Shown here: positions 38,456-51,651 of the stretch, in pieces | Position numbering within the stretch: the first letter of the stretch is position 1 | Layout: each line of letters starts with the position of its first letter | Source of the DNA: Epiperipatus broadwayi | Taxonomy: Eukaryota; Animalia; Onychophora | Direction: 5' to 3' | Length of the DNA: 64,000 bases | Assembly: GCA_028023455.1 (NCBI GenBank) | Contig: JAQFVV010000006.1 | Span: 17,112,001 to 17,176,000, forward strand | Made by a program: the position numbers and the translations under genes | Notes under the pieces: generated by a model | Told to the model about the DNA's origin: nothing | Databases searched by the model: none | Seen by the model: only the letters and a program-made list of their open reading frames with translations

Positions 38456-39197
38456 TAGGGTCGGATCCAATAAGTGTGGGGCCCGATTGGATTTTTTTTG
38501 CGGGGCCCTCTATATATTAAATATTTAAATAAAATGCAAATTCAATATATATATAAATCAAATATCATGGATCATAAGATAGGTAAACTTCTACATACAT
38601 TAAAAAATAAAAATGCACAAAATATAAAAACAATTCCATTTTATTGAATATAAATTTACATCATTGAATATGAATATATGAATTTACATATTTCTAAGTT
38701 TTTGTTCTGTAAATTCTTCTAGTTTGAAAATCCAATTTCCTTGCTTCTTCAGTTTCAATCGACATAATTGCTAAACTATTTAATCTATCCTGATTCATTG
38801 TCAATCTCAGATAGCGCAGTGCAACAATGACTAATGCCAAAAAACGAATGTGAGTGCGTCGAGTAAGACGCATATAGAATAGAATAATTGAGAGAGAAGA
38901 TAGTCCTATCCGATTAATTAAACGTTAGTCAAAAACGACACTTATGGGTATCCGTTTTCTATATTATAATGTATATATATTATAATAAACACAATAATAA
39001 ATCTCATCCATCAATGCGAACTTAAAATATATTTGTAATTATTTGAATAATTTATCCTTTATCGTCAAGAGCAATTTGCTTTAAATTTCGAAAAATAACT
39101 TTTTGTTAATTTTGGGGGTGATGCGGGGCCCCTTCAAGTGTGGGGCCTGGGGGCCCGATTGGACCCAATCGCTCCAATTGCCTTAAATCCGGCCCTG
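38456..39197 (-). mobile_element. hAT non-autonomous element (CAGGGCCGG type)
   Basis: TIR tagggtcggatcca / taaatccggccctg. Perfect 8-bp TSD cttctatg (38448-38455 and 39198-39205). Minus-strand hAT dimerisation remnant YLRLTMNQDRLNSLAIMSIE. Confidence 0.9.
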
Positions 39198-41402
39198 CTT
39201 CTATGGAGATGTATGCACGGATTTGCCATTTGCGTTCTGGGTTTGCCATTTTCTTTATTTTTATTTGAACCCACTACATCACCGATCGATGTTTATCATT
39301 ATTATTAGTGTGGATCCATTTTTTGGAGTCATCACAAATGCATAATTATGGTGCAGGAGTCATATATCTTATGAATTGTTACATTTTGAAATATAAGATG
39401 AAATTTACTCCACCCACAACTTTGACACTATTCACTCTGTATAAATATACTAGTAATTATCACAAATCATTTATTAAACTAGAGATTGTCTCCAGTCCAG
39501 ATACAACTTTTAACCTCAGTTAAAGAATAATATAAAATTTAAACACATTGAAACAAATATGAATGCAAATAATCTACTGAAATGCCAAATAAACACATGT
39601 GTAAAATATTGGGAATATCCTCATCATTTTACTCTAGAACCATCTATTTTTAATATAAGTAATACCAATGGTTGGGGCCATTCAAATTTCTATATTATCA
39701 GTGAGGAGAATTGCTTTGTACCTAATATGTATTCAGAAGCCATCTTTACTTTCTAATATTATTCAAACTAATGTTAAGATCATTATAAGCTAGAGCCAAC
39801 TTGTTTACATAACTATATAGGTTTTATACTTGGTCATCTGTGTATATGTTATTGGACTCAGGTATGCGACTTTGGATTTTTTAACGGAAATATCAAGTAT
39901 CACACGACTCTCATTAATCCACTATATTACACTCCACTTTAAAGCTATTCTTGTAAGTCTAATAGTTGCAAATGTTTTCATTTAACATATACACCATTTA
40001 TATAGCTATACACGTAAGTTTACTTGGATTCAGAACTTTATGATGTTTGATGTGTAAGTTATTAGCTTGAATAGAGATAAAAAAAGTGGCTGCTGGTTGT
40101 CCATGTGTATTTGAGAAAAGTCAAAACTAGGTTAAGGATTTGGCTTGCACTATCATATAGTTTGGTAGTGGATTACTGCTCTTAATACTTTAGATGTTAA
40201 ATGTAAGTCTATATAGTCATGTGATGCTGTGTTTAATATGCATCATTTCACTAAAACATCAGGTCAAATTTGACTTAGCATTTAACTGAGTTGGATAATG
40301 TTAACTTAGTATGAAACTTATGAGCAAATTATCTTGAGTACAAAACCTTCAGGTAATGCAAATTTTAAATCTAATTTGGAATAGTATATGATAAGTTTAA
40401 CTAAAGTTGTTAAACTATGTATTTACTGAGCTAATATTAGATCCCTATTGATGGATATGTAAATTGGATTAGGTTCACAATCCTAGGTTGTTTGAAACTT
40501 GATATTTTGATTAGCATAAAAGAAAATGGTTGCTTGATGTATGTGCATATATCCTCTCATCATAGTCAAAAAATTAGTAGCCGGAAAATTGGCTTAGGAG
40601 TCCCTTGAAATGGATTACTCAAACTCACAGTAGATAGAATGGGGTACTATGTCTAATGCAGATGTTAAGTGCAAGTTGGAAGAATTTTGTAAATCGTAGC
40701 TTGATATGTAACATGTAAAAAATGTCAACATAATAGACCAAATAAAATAATTCAGAAACTGGGCGTGAAAAACAAAATCAATATTTTCTCAAATAATATT
40801 TTAAAATATAATTTTTTTTTAATTTTATGATTTTATTGTATAGTGTTTCAAATTTTAATGAATACCTCCTCCCTCCTTAGTACACAGAAATATTTATAAA
40901 AGAATTCTATTAGTTATAAAAGCTATTGTTTTTGTGAAATTTAGAAACTCTTTTAAGTGCAGAATACTTATAAAAATGGTTGACTAGCCTCAAATTTTAT
41001 ATATATAAAAAACTATTAAAAAAATAAAATTTTAGATATGTAAAATTAGAAGTTTAAATCAAAGTCCATTTTATTTGTTCTATTGGTCTATTTATAATGA
41101 CCTAATAATTCAGGGAAACAATAATTTTTATAGATTTTACATTGAAGTTTAATATCTACAATCTATTTGTAAACATCTGAATGACAAATGTTGTATTCAA
41201 ACCTATTAATTTTTAGGAAAGCATTGATTAATAGTTATTTATAAAAACAGTTATTATTATGAAATTTAGAAACTATGCAAAATATTTATAAAAGTAGTTG
41301 TAGAAATGACAAATTTTATAAAAGTCTTTATAAAAAAAATTATAGGAGTTAATAAACTTGGAAATGATTAAATTAGATTCGGTTTTTTTATTTTTTATTA
41401 TC

Positions 41403-41546
41403 TATAAGAGAGGTAAAACTCCATACAGTAGTGCCACCCAGTAGAAGCCAGAGTAATCAATGGTTGCGAGAAAGTTTGTACATAAAATCCTATTTGCCTC
41501 TGTTATATGTAAGCATAGGGAATGGTGATCATGTGATGATTAGTAG
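41403..41546. mobile_element. Miniature fold-back of PLE-type family 3
   Basis: Minus-oriented then plus-oriented pieces of the 59920-60429 unit; 10-bp TSD ttttattatc (41393-41402 and 41547-41556). Confidence 0.7.
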
Positions 41547-41899
41547 TTTTATTATCCATGTTAGTAATGTTTTAATAGTTATAAAAACAATTATTTATGT
41601 GAACTTTCTCATGTATTTCAATGCTATCAGTTATCATAGCATGAATAAAAATATTAATTAGGAAGAATTATTCAGATTACCTTCTTTTTGTGACGTCATA
41701 GTGAGACAGAAAAATCAAAATACATTTCTATAAAATTTACACAGTTTAAGTAATGCTTACCTTTATAGAACACTCATTGTTTTGTTAGTATGTTGTCCAA
41801 TGCACATTTCTATTTAACTAAGCCTGAAATAATTCGTCAGATAATAAAAAAACACACACACACACACATTTAAAATCTCACAAAGTGAAAAGAAATACC

Positions 41900-43270
41900 T
41901 TGAGTAGTTTCTCTGTGTTTAATATCTTGAAAAAAAGTTATCGTACTCAGTTCTTTTTTAGTTTTAATGTGTATTTTCACTTTTTTCAGATGTTCTTGCC
42001 ATTATTATTATTTTGGGGAATATGTACATGGCAGACTCTTGGGGAAACTTTTGGTAGGGTTAACTTTGAAGAATAGTCAGTAAGATTAATGCAGAATCAA
42101 AGCTAAGTATTATAAACTCAAATTTGAAACCAGGCTCAGAGTATAATTCAAATGACTTTTCAATGACCTACACTTTGATTTCCAATAAATCAAGAGATGT
42201 GTCTTTATTTATATTATGAAGAAGCCAAACAGTCTGAAATGTTTGATCAATGAAATGTCTTAAAAAAAATTTATAATTTTTTTTTTGTTGGATGTGTGAT
42301 AAAATAACTCGATTGCAGTAATTAAATCCAACTAAAGAGTTGTAATCACACTCTAAAGTTGATTTCACCACACTTTCCCTAGGCTTTGTTCTAATAATTT
42401 GTGAGGATGCGCCATTGATGACTCGAAAGGTAACTTTTTTTTCTTGTCCTGCCATTTTAAAGATATTTATATATGCGGAAAATTAGTATGGTCCTTTTTT
42501 TCTTCTGCTTTTGACATTTCAGCCAGCAGATTCTTCCGATATTGGTACTGTCATGTATATCTGTCTTTGATATGTTCTGGCTATAAGTAGTTACACTATA
42601 GCCTTCAGTAGTATGCATTAGTTGAAGGTCACTTTCAATATTAACAGAAGGATGATACTTTTCATTGTATGCTATTCCTTTTCCAAAATATATAGAGGAT
42701 AAATTTACAGATATATCTATCTGTTGATTTAGAAATCACATAAAAAATTTCAAATTAAAACAATCACTTCCAGATGTTTGGATTTGTGTAGGTATTTACA
42801 TATAGGAATTTCATAAATAATGTAAATTTCCATCATAACCCCAGAAAAAATGGGTACATGAAATAGTACTCTTTTATTCCATATCTTGAGAAGGCCCTAA
42901 AGCATTGTTATTTCTAAAAATAATTCCACCTCTTTCACTGAAGTGGGTGTTCATTTCTCAGCTCTAGTAATTCTCTCATAATGGTTAGTATAACAGTTTA
43001 GTTTGCAGCATTTATCATCAAAAATAATCCAAAAAGTAGCATTGCCGTGGCATTTGTTTGCCAATCTTCTCGTCATGCCTGCTATGCAACTGAAGAAAAA
43101 CATTGGGGATAATTGAATATCATTTATGGTGACTTCAAGCCAAGTTCTAGGTTCTTCCATTATATCATCACCAAATTCATCTTCACTATATTGCATTTGG
43201 ATATATCATCACTTGAACTATCATCTTCATTCTCATCAGCTAGAGTTGGTATGTACTCTGTCGGTGCCAT
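41900..43270 (-). pseudogene. piggyBac (PGBD-like) transposase fossil
   Basis: Acidic N-terminus; F..IFDD..TNHY..TPTSVKEVELFL; KKV..K..CDYN..RHFIDQ..WLL.N; remnant Cys-rich tail RVCHV. Stops and frameshifts present; TIRs not found. Confidence 0.75.
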
Positions 43271-44772
43271 CAATGCAACAGTGGCTACATCTAGTAATAG
43301 CTTTGAAAAGTGTTATACTCAATACTTAACATATAAAATAAACAAAACCTTCAAATTATATTACAAAGTCTGAAATATTATTTAGAACAAATCGAGCAAA
43401 AATGGTTGAAATATTATACATCGCATATTTACTTACCTATCTGTATGACAAAAACTATTTACTGAGAGTGTAAAAACATGTGAATAAGTATATATAAAAA
43501 AATAGAGTCAAAAGAGTTGAGTTATTATTTACACATTATATAATGCCTAAAATATTTTATTAAAAATGTGATGAATATAATGAGAAAAGAATTCAAATTT
43601 ATTGAAAGATATGTTCATCAGTTGTGAAAATAAAGATTTTATTGTAGAATATAAACAAGATGAGTTTAAAACTAACAAATTCCTGAAAATCTGCTATAGA
43701 AAATAAAAACTTATTTTTATTGAAATACTTTTTGTAAAATAAATAAATGAATAAAATGTAACATACTAATTATAATGAATGAAAAAAAAGAAAACACGTT
43801 GAAGCCAGAAAAACGATTACTTAGAAAAAAGTGACTACATACATATTCACTTCTAAAGTAGAGAAAAGGGAATACATAAAAAATGCCCGATAATGTCATA
43901 TAAAAGTGATTTCTCATTTTTACTCTCTATCTCATAAAATTTCACATAATAATGAATGAATATTATATTCATATGCTGAAATCAAAGGGGGTAAGAATAT
44001 GTTGCACATTGCTAAAAAAAATTAAGCAAAAAAAAAAATAAAACCCTCTGTAATAACATATTGTAAGGAATACAAGACAGATAGTGCTACAATGAAATAT
44101 ATTAGTTTTAGTTAAGTGGTTAAATCCATCTTCAGTGCCATCCAATACATATAATTTCCAGACTAGTTTCTAGATTATGTCCTTCATCTAGATCTAATAA
44201 AGGTAGTGATATGACAGCACTAAGTAGCCATTTAATTAACGACCCATATAACATGTTGATTATTGAAGGTTTACAACAGAGGCAGTACTGGAATAGAATA
44301 AATAGTTTGGAAGTTGAAATATATATATTTTTATGATTTTAGAAAATGTAATACTTAATGTTTTAATTTAATATATACATATATTTAAAAAAAAACAATG
44401 TAGTAAATAAATTAATATGCTGTTTGACATGATTTTATCTAACTATGCTGCTGTAGTAGTTGTACACCAGCAGGGCCAAATTGGAGAATTATACCTTGGT
44501 TGGAATCTCGACAGATTCATTTTTAATATTTGTGTATTGTTGGTTGCCATTAAAAAAAAAATACTATACACTAAATAAATAATTAACCATAGAAATTTTT
44601 TTTATGCATTTTTCTTTGAATTGGTGAACTTGGAAAAAGTCATCAATCGGGAAAAGAAGTTTGAATCACAATATATATATATAAATCAATGTTTTTCATC
44701 AAATATATTATCTCATTTATGAAAATATTATTAAAAAGTCTATTTTTTTCTAATTTTTTATATTACTATTTA

Positions 44773-45080
44773 AAAAGAGGCAAAACTCTGTACAGTAGTG
44801 CCACCTAGGGCATGCGAGAGTAATCAATGGATGCAAGAAGGTTTGCCTATAAAATCCTTATCTAGTGCCTACTCATCCAATAATCCGACTAGTTTCTAAC
44901 TTGTGGCTTTCATCAGTGAGGAGCCTTGGATCTGAGAGCACTGCACCTCGACTTTAGGATCTAATGCAAACAACTCTCTAGTGGCCACTTTTTACTTATT
45001 TAGTTATCTATATAGATATGAGTCCAAAATGAAAACAATAATGTTTTCACTCCAAGCTCATTTACTTGTATGGTCATAAT
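44773..45080 (-). mobile_element. Single-arm PLE-type family 3 insertion
   Basis: Homologous to 58150-58407; flanking tatta(c/t)tattta repeat at 44761-44772 and 45081-45092. Confidence 0.75.
44884..44922 (-). ncRNA. Hammerhead-like motif (family 3)
   Basis: Minus strand: cctca CTGATGA aagccacaagtta GAAAC tag TC gga. Confidence 0.5.
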
Positions 45081-46489
45081 TATTATTATTTATCAAAAAT
45101 GCTAGAGTTTAGAAATGATTCGTTATTAGAATTTACAATGCATTTTATATATGCATATTTAATATACACGACACATTAATTAAAATAATTATGTATGTTA
45201 CTGCATTCAGGACAGATCTTTGATAATTTTGTGACCTGCAGGGACTCCTTGCACAATGCTTCTGTGAAGTTTTATCAACTTATCCATTTATATGCATTGA
45301 TAAAATTATAAAAAATTAAAGAAATCCATTTTTTATTATTACAATGCTTATTTTATTAAAATTAATCTTCAACTTTACAGTTTCGATTTATCAGCTATTC
45401 TTCTTCAGAGCTAACTAATCTTCTTATTGGACTCTTGGAAAAATTGAATAATAAAGCAGGTTAATATTAATCTTAGTTAACTCTGAAGAAGATTATTGCT
45501 GAGGGTTAAGGTTGATTGATTTTAATGAAATAAGCACTGTAGCAGTTATAAGAAAGGTGGATAGTTAAGTAATTTCTAAGTTTAAGTATTTTTTTAAATT
45601 ATCAATAATTCCATAATCATTTTTATTCATTCTGATATACCATATAGAAAAGGAACAAAATTGATTATAAACAAAAGTTATTGATTTTACTTTGTAATTT
45701 TGATATATATTTTGATTTTAAACCTGCAAAACTTTTATTCTTTTCCTAATGTTTATTTTCTGAGCAGCAGCATCTTTCAATACCTAACGCTAAAGAATTT
45801 AATCTCTCACTCCCCAAGTAGAGAGAGCAAATATATTTTTGATATGTTAATTACCTTAGACTTCGTTCAGCTGTTGGATTATGTTATATGAATGCTAATC
45901 CCAGTTCTTTCAAACGTTTTATGTACTCAAAATCTTTATCGAGTGATGTTAATATTGTGGCCTAAAACATTTTCCAAATAAAATTTGTGCCATTTTTAAA
46001 CATTTAAATCGACTTTTGTGGTAGGATTTTTCACTTGTACATATTCAAAATATATATATATAGGTAAAAAGTATATAGATATGTGACTTCTCATAGATAT
46101 TTTTATCTATACGAATTAATTAATATTTTCATTTTTTAACATTTGCATCATCTTGGAGCGGAAGAAATAATTGTTTTTGGAAGGATCACAGACAAGGTCT
46201 TGCTCTGGATTTAGCTTTAACACTTATTACGTCTTATGTTTGACCCGTAGATAGGTGGTATCTAGTCAGCATGCAGCTTAATCTGGCACTAACTACATTT
46301 TCATTGAGCATTGAGTAAAAATTGCAATTAATCTTTATCATTTCATGAATGTAGTTTAATAAACAAAGAAATTACTAAATAACCATGGTAAATAGATCCT
46401 GGGAAAATAAATAATAAAAGAGCTCAAACTTATAAATGCTAAAACTTTGTGATATCTGATGTTTTCGTTTTCAGCTTTCTTCTGATTAA

Positions 46490-46660
46490 ACTTTCAAACT
46501 CCTCACTGCTCTCCAATCCATCTTATACAATCGATACACTATGTGATCATGTTTATCAGTAGTATAAGATGGATTGGATAGCTGTGAGGAGTTTGAAAGT
46601 CTGTATTCAAAGTCTCTTATAATTACATTAAATCTAGTATAGACAATATACATATATTTA
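46490..46660. mobile_element. Miniature hairpin derivative of family 2 termini
   Basis: 39-nt arms at 46490-46528 and 46562-46600 (two mismatches), followed by a tail like that at 6500-6552. Confidence 0.7.
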
Positions 46661-47575
46661 AATATTCTTTTTTAAAATAAAATATACTAGTTTGGAATAT
46701 AACGAAAGCTTCTTTAAATTTCAATTTAGAAATTTGAACAATTTTGTCTGTTGATATGTGAGTTGTACTCAAGCGCTGAAAGTCAATGTTTTAATTTCGA
46801 ATTGAGGCAAAAAAAAAAATGGTGAGGTGGGGATGGAAGGATTGATTGGGCTCAATTCGTCATTTTGGTACTTGAACTTGTCTGCACTTTACCATAAAAA
46901 AAGAATTAAATATTATGTTTTCAAAAGATTTAAAATTTTATTTTTTAAAACATGCAGACACACATTAATTTTTATTTATTACTTCTGAATCCATCACATA
47001 TAAATATTTACTACATCATTATACTGAATGGTTTAGTGCACTGATAAAGTGACATATTCTGAAGCTGAAGACCCGCGAATTAACCCCAGCTCTCTCCCTT
47101 CCTGTTCAAACCTCTTTTGAACTTTGAACAATAAACCATTCGATTATTTTTCTACTATATCACTTTCAACTTCACCTATTTCAGAGTGCACATAGTATAA
47201 GTTTAATATTGAGGGAAAATAGATAAGAATTTATGAAATATTTATGGGTAAATATGAATTTTTAAATAGATCTTGTAAAAGACTATAATGAAGAGTCGAA
47301 AAATTGGGAGCAGAAAGATCTTGTAATAAATATTAATATATGATTGATTTAGAAGTATTAAATAGATTTAAACATTTTAAAAATAAAAGCTTTTAAACTA
47401 TCATTTAATAAAAGAAATAAATTAAAAAGGTGCTACTAAACAGGATTTGGTTGTAAATTATTTAACGTCTCAAAAGGTTATTATAATATTAAATATTTAT
47501 TAAATTTTAATACCCACAAATTAACGATAATGAATAGAATTTAATTTTCATAATTCGTTAATTGTACTCAATATA

Positions 47576-47860
47576 ACCTGTGTTACTGATCTCATTGAAA
47601 AAATTAAAAGACTGAATGCGAGTTGGGCTGGATATATTGCTAAAAGAAATGATAATAGGTGGACAATTGAAATCTTAAACTGGATTCCAAAAGATTGTAA
47701 ACGGCCCAGATAGAGACCACATGTGAAATGGGTGGATGAAATAAGAAAGTCTGCATGGGTGATGTGGAGAAGAGAAACTAAAGATCGGAGAACATGGATT
47801 GAACTTAGAGAGACCTTCATCCTTCAGTGGATTGATAATAGTTGATAATGATGATGATGA
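47576..47860 (+). mobile_element. RTE-clade LINE 3' end
   Basis: Collinear with 34810-35095; (GAT)n tail. Confidence 0.9.
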
Positions 47861-48534
47861 CTCAACATAAATTACGTTTTTTACTATAGTTTTCTGGACC
47901 ATAGCATATTATTTTTGCTTCAATTATGTATTTATAATTTAGTAAAATCCAGCAATCTACAACATAAAATTCTTTTATTGTAAACTTTATCTTTTGAATT
48001 CTTTTATATCATATATTTTCTGAAATAAATATCTAAATTGATATGTTCACTATAGCATTACTCCTATATCCACAGTCTCCATTACTTTAGTTTCAGTTAT
48101 CATTGATTGAAAACATTTTTTTGCATGGCAAAAAAATCTCAGTGCACATACACATGTATACATATATATATATATAATCTGTTATGTGGGGTGCTACTAG
48201 GTTCGAATCCACTATTAGGAGTATTGGGAGAAGGGGATTAATACAAATGTAAAAAGTAAAAGATAGATCATTAAAGGCATTAGCCCTCCACGTTGTTGTT
48301 CATCAGGCTGACCAAGAGATGGGACGGTGATTTCATTCTTGTTTAACCCTTCTAAAATTATTCAGATACCCATTTACAAAGTAGTGATTAATACATTGTA
48401 CAGGCTTGAACCTGCATTTATATATGTAATATATGCGGGGTTCGAACTCAGACTTTCACACGACCCACCACTCTCAGTGCCATCTCATATTGCTGACCCA
48501 CCTGATCACACACATGTTGAAAAGATAAATAATC

Positions 48535-48578
48535 ACCAATATACGTATTTCATGCTAAACCAGCAATCATCAGTTGGT
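48535..48578 (-). ncRNA. Minimal type I hammerhead motif (family 2)
   Basis: Exact reverse complement of 48882-48925. Confidence 0.8.
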
Positions 48579-48881
48579 CTAGATTACTATCCTCACACAT
48601 ATATATATAATCAGTATTCAGCTTTATATTAAGATAGCCAATCTATATACTTTAATGGACAGGCTTCAAACTATTCCAACTCACAACTCTTTAGCCTTCC
48701 ATTTCATTGAAAATCTGATGATAAGGCTTTGAACGTTCCATCATCAGGTTTTCAATGAAATGGAAGGCTAAAGAGTTGTCAGTTGGAATAGTTTGAAGCC
48801 TGTCCATTAAAGTATATAGATTAGCTATCTTAATATAAAGCTGAATACTGATTATATATATGTGTGAGGATAGTAATCTGG

Positions 48882-48925
48882 ACCAACTGATGATTGCTGG
48901 TTTAGCATGAAATACGTATATTGGT
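48882..48925 (+). ncRNA. Minimal type I hammerhead motif (family 2)
   Basis: ACCAA CTGATGA t TGCT ggttt AGCA t GAAA TACGTA TA TTGGT. 5-bp stem I, palindromic stem III, T-T mismatch at 10.1/11.1. Confidence 0.8.
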
Positions 48926-50712
48926 GATTATTTATCTTTTAAACATGTGTGTGATCAGGTGGGTCAGCAATATAAGATGGCACTGAGAGTGGTGGGTCGT
49001 GTGAAAGTCTGAGTTCGAACCCCGCATAAAGTAGTGATTAGAAAGTTGGATGTGTTACCTACACATTAGCTGTTTGAAATCTGAAAATTTTATCTGCTCT
49101 GTATGTATATTTATTTGTGCCCATAAATATATATTATTAATATAACCTTTCTCAAAGAAAGATGAGCGATGCACCTATTGTTTATTATATCTTAAATTTT
49201 ACTTTTAGTGGTATTCACACTAATTAGAAAATCGATTTTTAAAAGAGCCATATCAATGAAATTGCGTTTTCTTGTGAAATTAGTAAAAACCTTGTCTGGG
49301 GAATAAATATAAATGACTAACATTTTAAGGTTCAGCGTGCTCTCTGCCTAATTAATATTTCATAACAATGGGTAAAAAAAAAAAGAAAATCTCCAGTAAG
49401 CTATTAGTCGTTCTATAATTAATATTTTTTTTTTGCTTTAAAGTAAATTTGATTTTTTAGCGAGAAATTATTAAGCATTACTTTTAAGCATTTTTTTTTT
49501 TTTAAGTTTCAAAGGAGTTTTGAAATATTTATTATTCTCTTTGGTAAATTCAATAAATATTAATATTTCACCGACGATAACAATATCACATGACTTGCTC
49601 TTATGCTTCCAGGGCTAGTTAGCTCTCTCTCTTCACTCTACTATAAAATAAAATTATCATAAAACTTAACTATAAAATAATAGTTGCAGACTGGAATATT
49701 CAATGGGCTCCAAATAAAATAGTGCTGTAAAATTTTCTTCCCAGACTAATTTGTGACTTATGCTTTGTCCGTGAGGGCTAGGATTTTTAAACTAAAATTA
49801 ATGCACCTGTACATTTGCAACATTCTTTTATATTATTCAAGCCGCTCTGAAATTCAAAAGCACGTTCTGGTTTTGAATTCGAGCTGATTTGCCTGCATAA
49901 TCCTTGGCACTGACCTTTCTAATCAAAGGATATGAGGGATCTAACTACATTTGGCACAAAACTGCATTCTCTAAAATATTTAGAAATAGACTCATTTCAG
50001 GATCTGATGGAAAGAACCTTGCAGGGTAGTAGCTTGCATGACCACATATCTTGCTTTTGAATCTGTGGTTTTAATGTAGAATGAATGTAAAAAATAATTA
50101 GTTTACAAGCAGTTTTTTTTTTACTAAGTATCCATATTCATCCAGTTCTCTATCCACCATTAGTTATTAAATGAAGTAAAGTCTGAGATTTAATCTGATT
50201 TGGTCAGATGAATATCAGTTTGTTGACTGCAAAAAAATAAACTATAATACATAGTGAGGAAGGTAGGTGGGTTATATTTGTACAAGTGCTGAGCCCATGG
50301 TTTACTTTAGTTTTAGCTGGTAAAGAGTCGGCAATTTATTCCTCTAATTGCTCAGTCGCTTATTGTAAATTTGAATATTTAATAGATTCTAGATATAGTG
50401 TTTCTTAAATGCATATCAACTGACATTCTTTCTATATCTTCAAACTAGGTTTGAAGCCTTCATTAGTAAAGAATTTTGAACTAAATTTATTGCACATGTT
50501 TTTTTGTTTTGTTTAATGCACTTTTCATGCAACAGTGACTTGAAACTAGAAACAATATAGCTACCATAGCACTGAATAGCATTAGCATACACTTCTATTG
50601 ATTATTTAAGCTTATGTTAGATGGTAGAAGTGGTAAGGAACAAATAGTTAGCTTTTGCAAAACAATGAATAAACTGATGTCGTGAATTTTTTAAATGTTG
50701 TTAGATAACATA

Positions 50713-50920
50713 TACATCATTGCCATTTTCAACTATTTTCGATCCACTGTAGGATAAAGGTCTCTCCAAGTATAATTCGTATTCCCTGCTCTCTAGCCTC
50801 TCTACTCCGCATCACTCTTGCATGCTTCTTTATTTTATCGATCCATCTCACATGTGCTCTCTTTCTAGATTTTTTATAATCTCTCAGAATTTAATTTAAG
50901 ATTTCATCTGTCTATCTATT
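50713..50920 (-). mobile_element. RTE-clade LINE 3' end (decayed)
   Basis: Homologous to the 3' ends at 36903-37100 and 47650-47860. Confidence 0.75.
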
Positions 50921-51626
50921 AGATGATATATATATATCATTAAAAACCAGTCCACACTTAGACAAACCCAATATCAATAACAGTCAACAATTATAAACTG
51001 TTGTCAAGGCAACCTCCTATATATATATCCATTTTTATATATGTAATATAAATTTGACCTTCAGAATCATATACTGTTACTTTTTATTAGAATTACCTTT
51101 GTTGTTTAAGGTTTTTTTAATTTACTTGTTTATAAACCAATATTATCATTAAGTCATCACTAAAAAAGGTTTGTTGTACTTAATGCTTAGGTGTCAACTA
51201 GTTCTTTGATTTAATTTATTGTAGAAGTTTATTAATTCTATAAGCTTTATTGCAGTAAGCCTTTTTTTTTTATATGATTATGTTTCATATTCCAATATTT
51301 CTATTTTGAACCATGTCATCTCTGAATTGTTTTGTGATAAATATACGAAGTAATTAGGTCTGCCTGCACTACGTTAGCAATGAAGAATATATATTTTAAG
51401 TAGTTGGTTACTTTATGTGCATCTTACAATAATGGATCCAGTAGTATCGAATTCAGCAATTTGAAGAAAGATTTTAATTGGTTAATTTATCTTGCTACCA
51501 TATATGGAAAATTTTTGAGTTCTTTTGACGTTAATGAAAGCAAATACATGTTATACATTAACACTAGTGACAAAGAAAGTATCTTCAATTTATATAGCTA
51601 ATATTTTCTCTTGTGATAATATTTGC

Positions 51627-51651
51627 TGTATATATATATATATATATATAT
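51627..51651. repeat. (TA)n microsatellite
   Basis: About 12 units. Confidence 0.9.

Larger units (their letters stand above)
48391..49027. mobile_element. Palindromic PLE-type element, family 2 (young copy)
   Basis: Arms 48432-48722 and 48740-49028, 17-nt loop, ~41-nt one-sided tail at 48391-48431. Perfect 13-bp TSD aaagtagtgatta (48378-48390 and 49028-49040). Confidence 0.9.

Noticed and set aside
48191-48230. Isolated B box GGTTCGAATCC
   Set aside because: No A box or cloverleaf; at most a SINE remnant.
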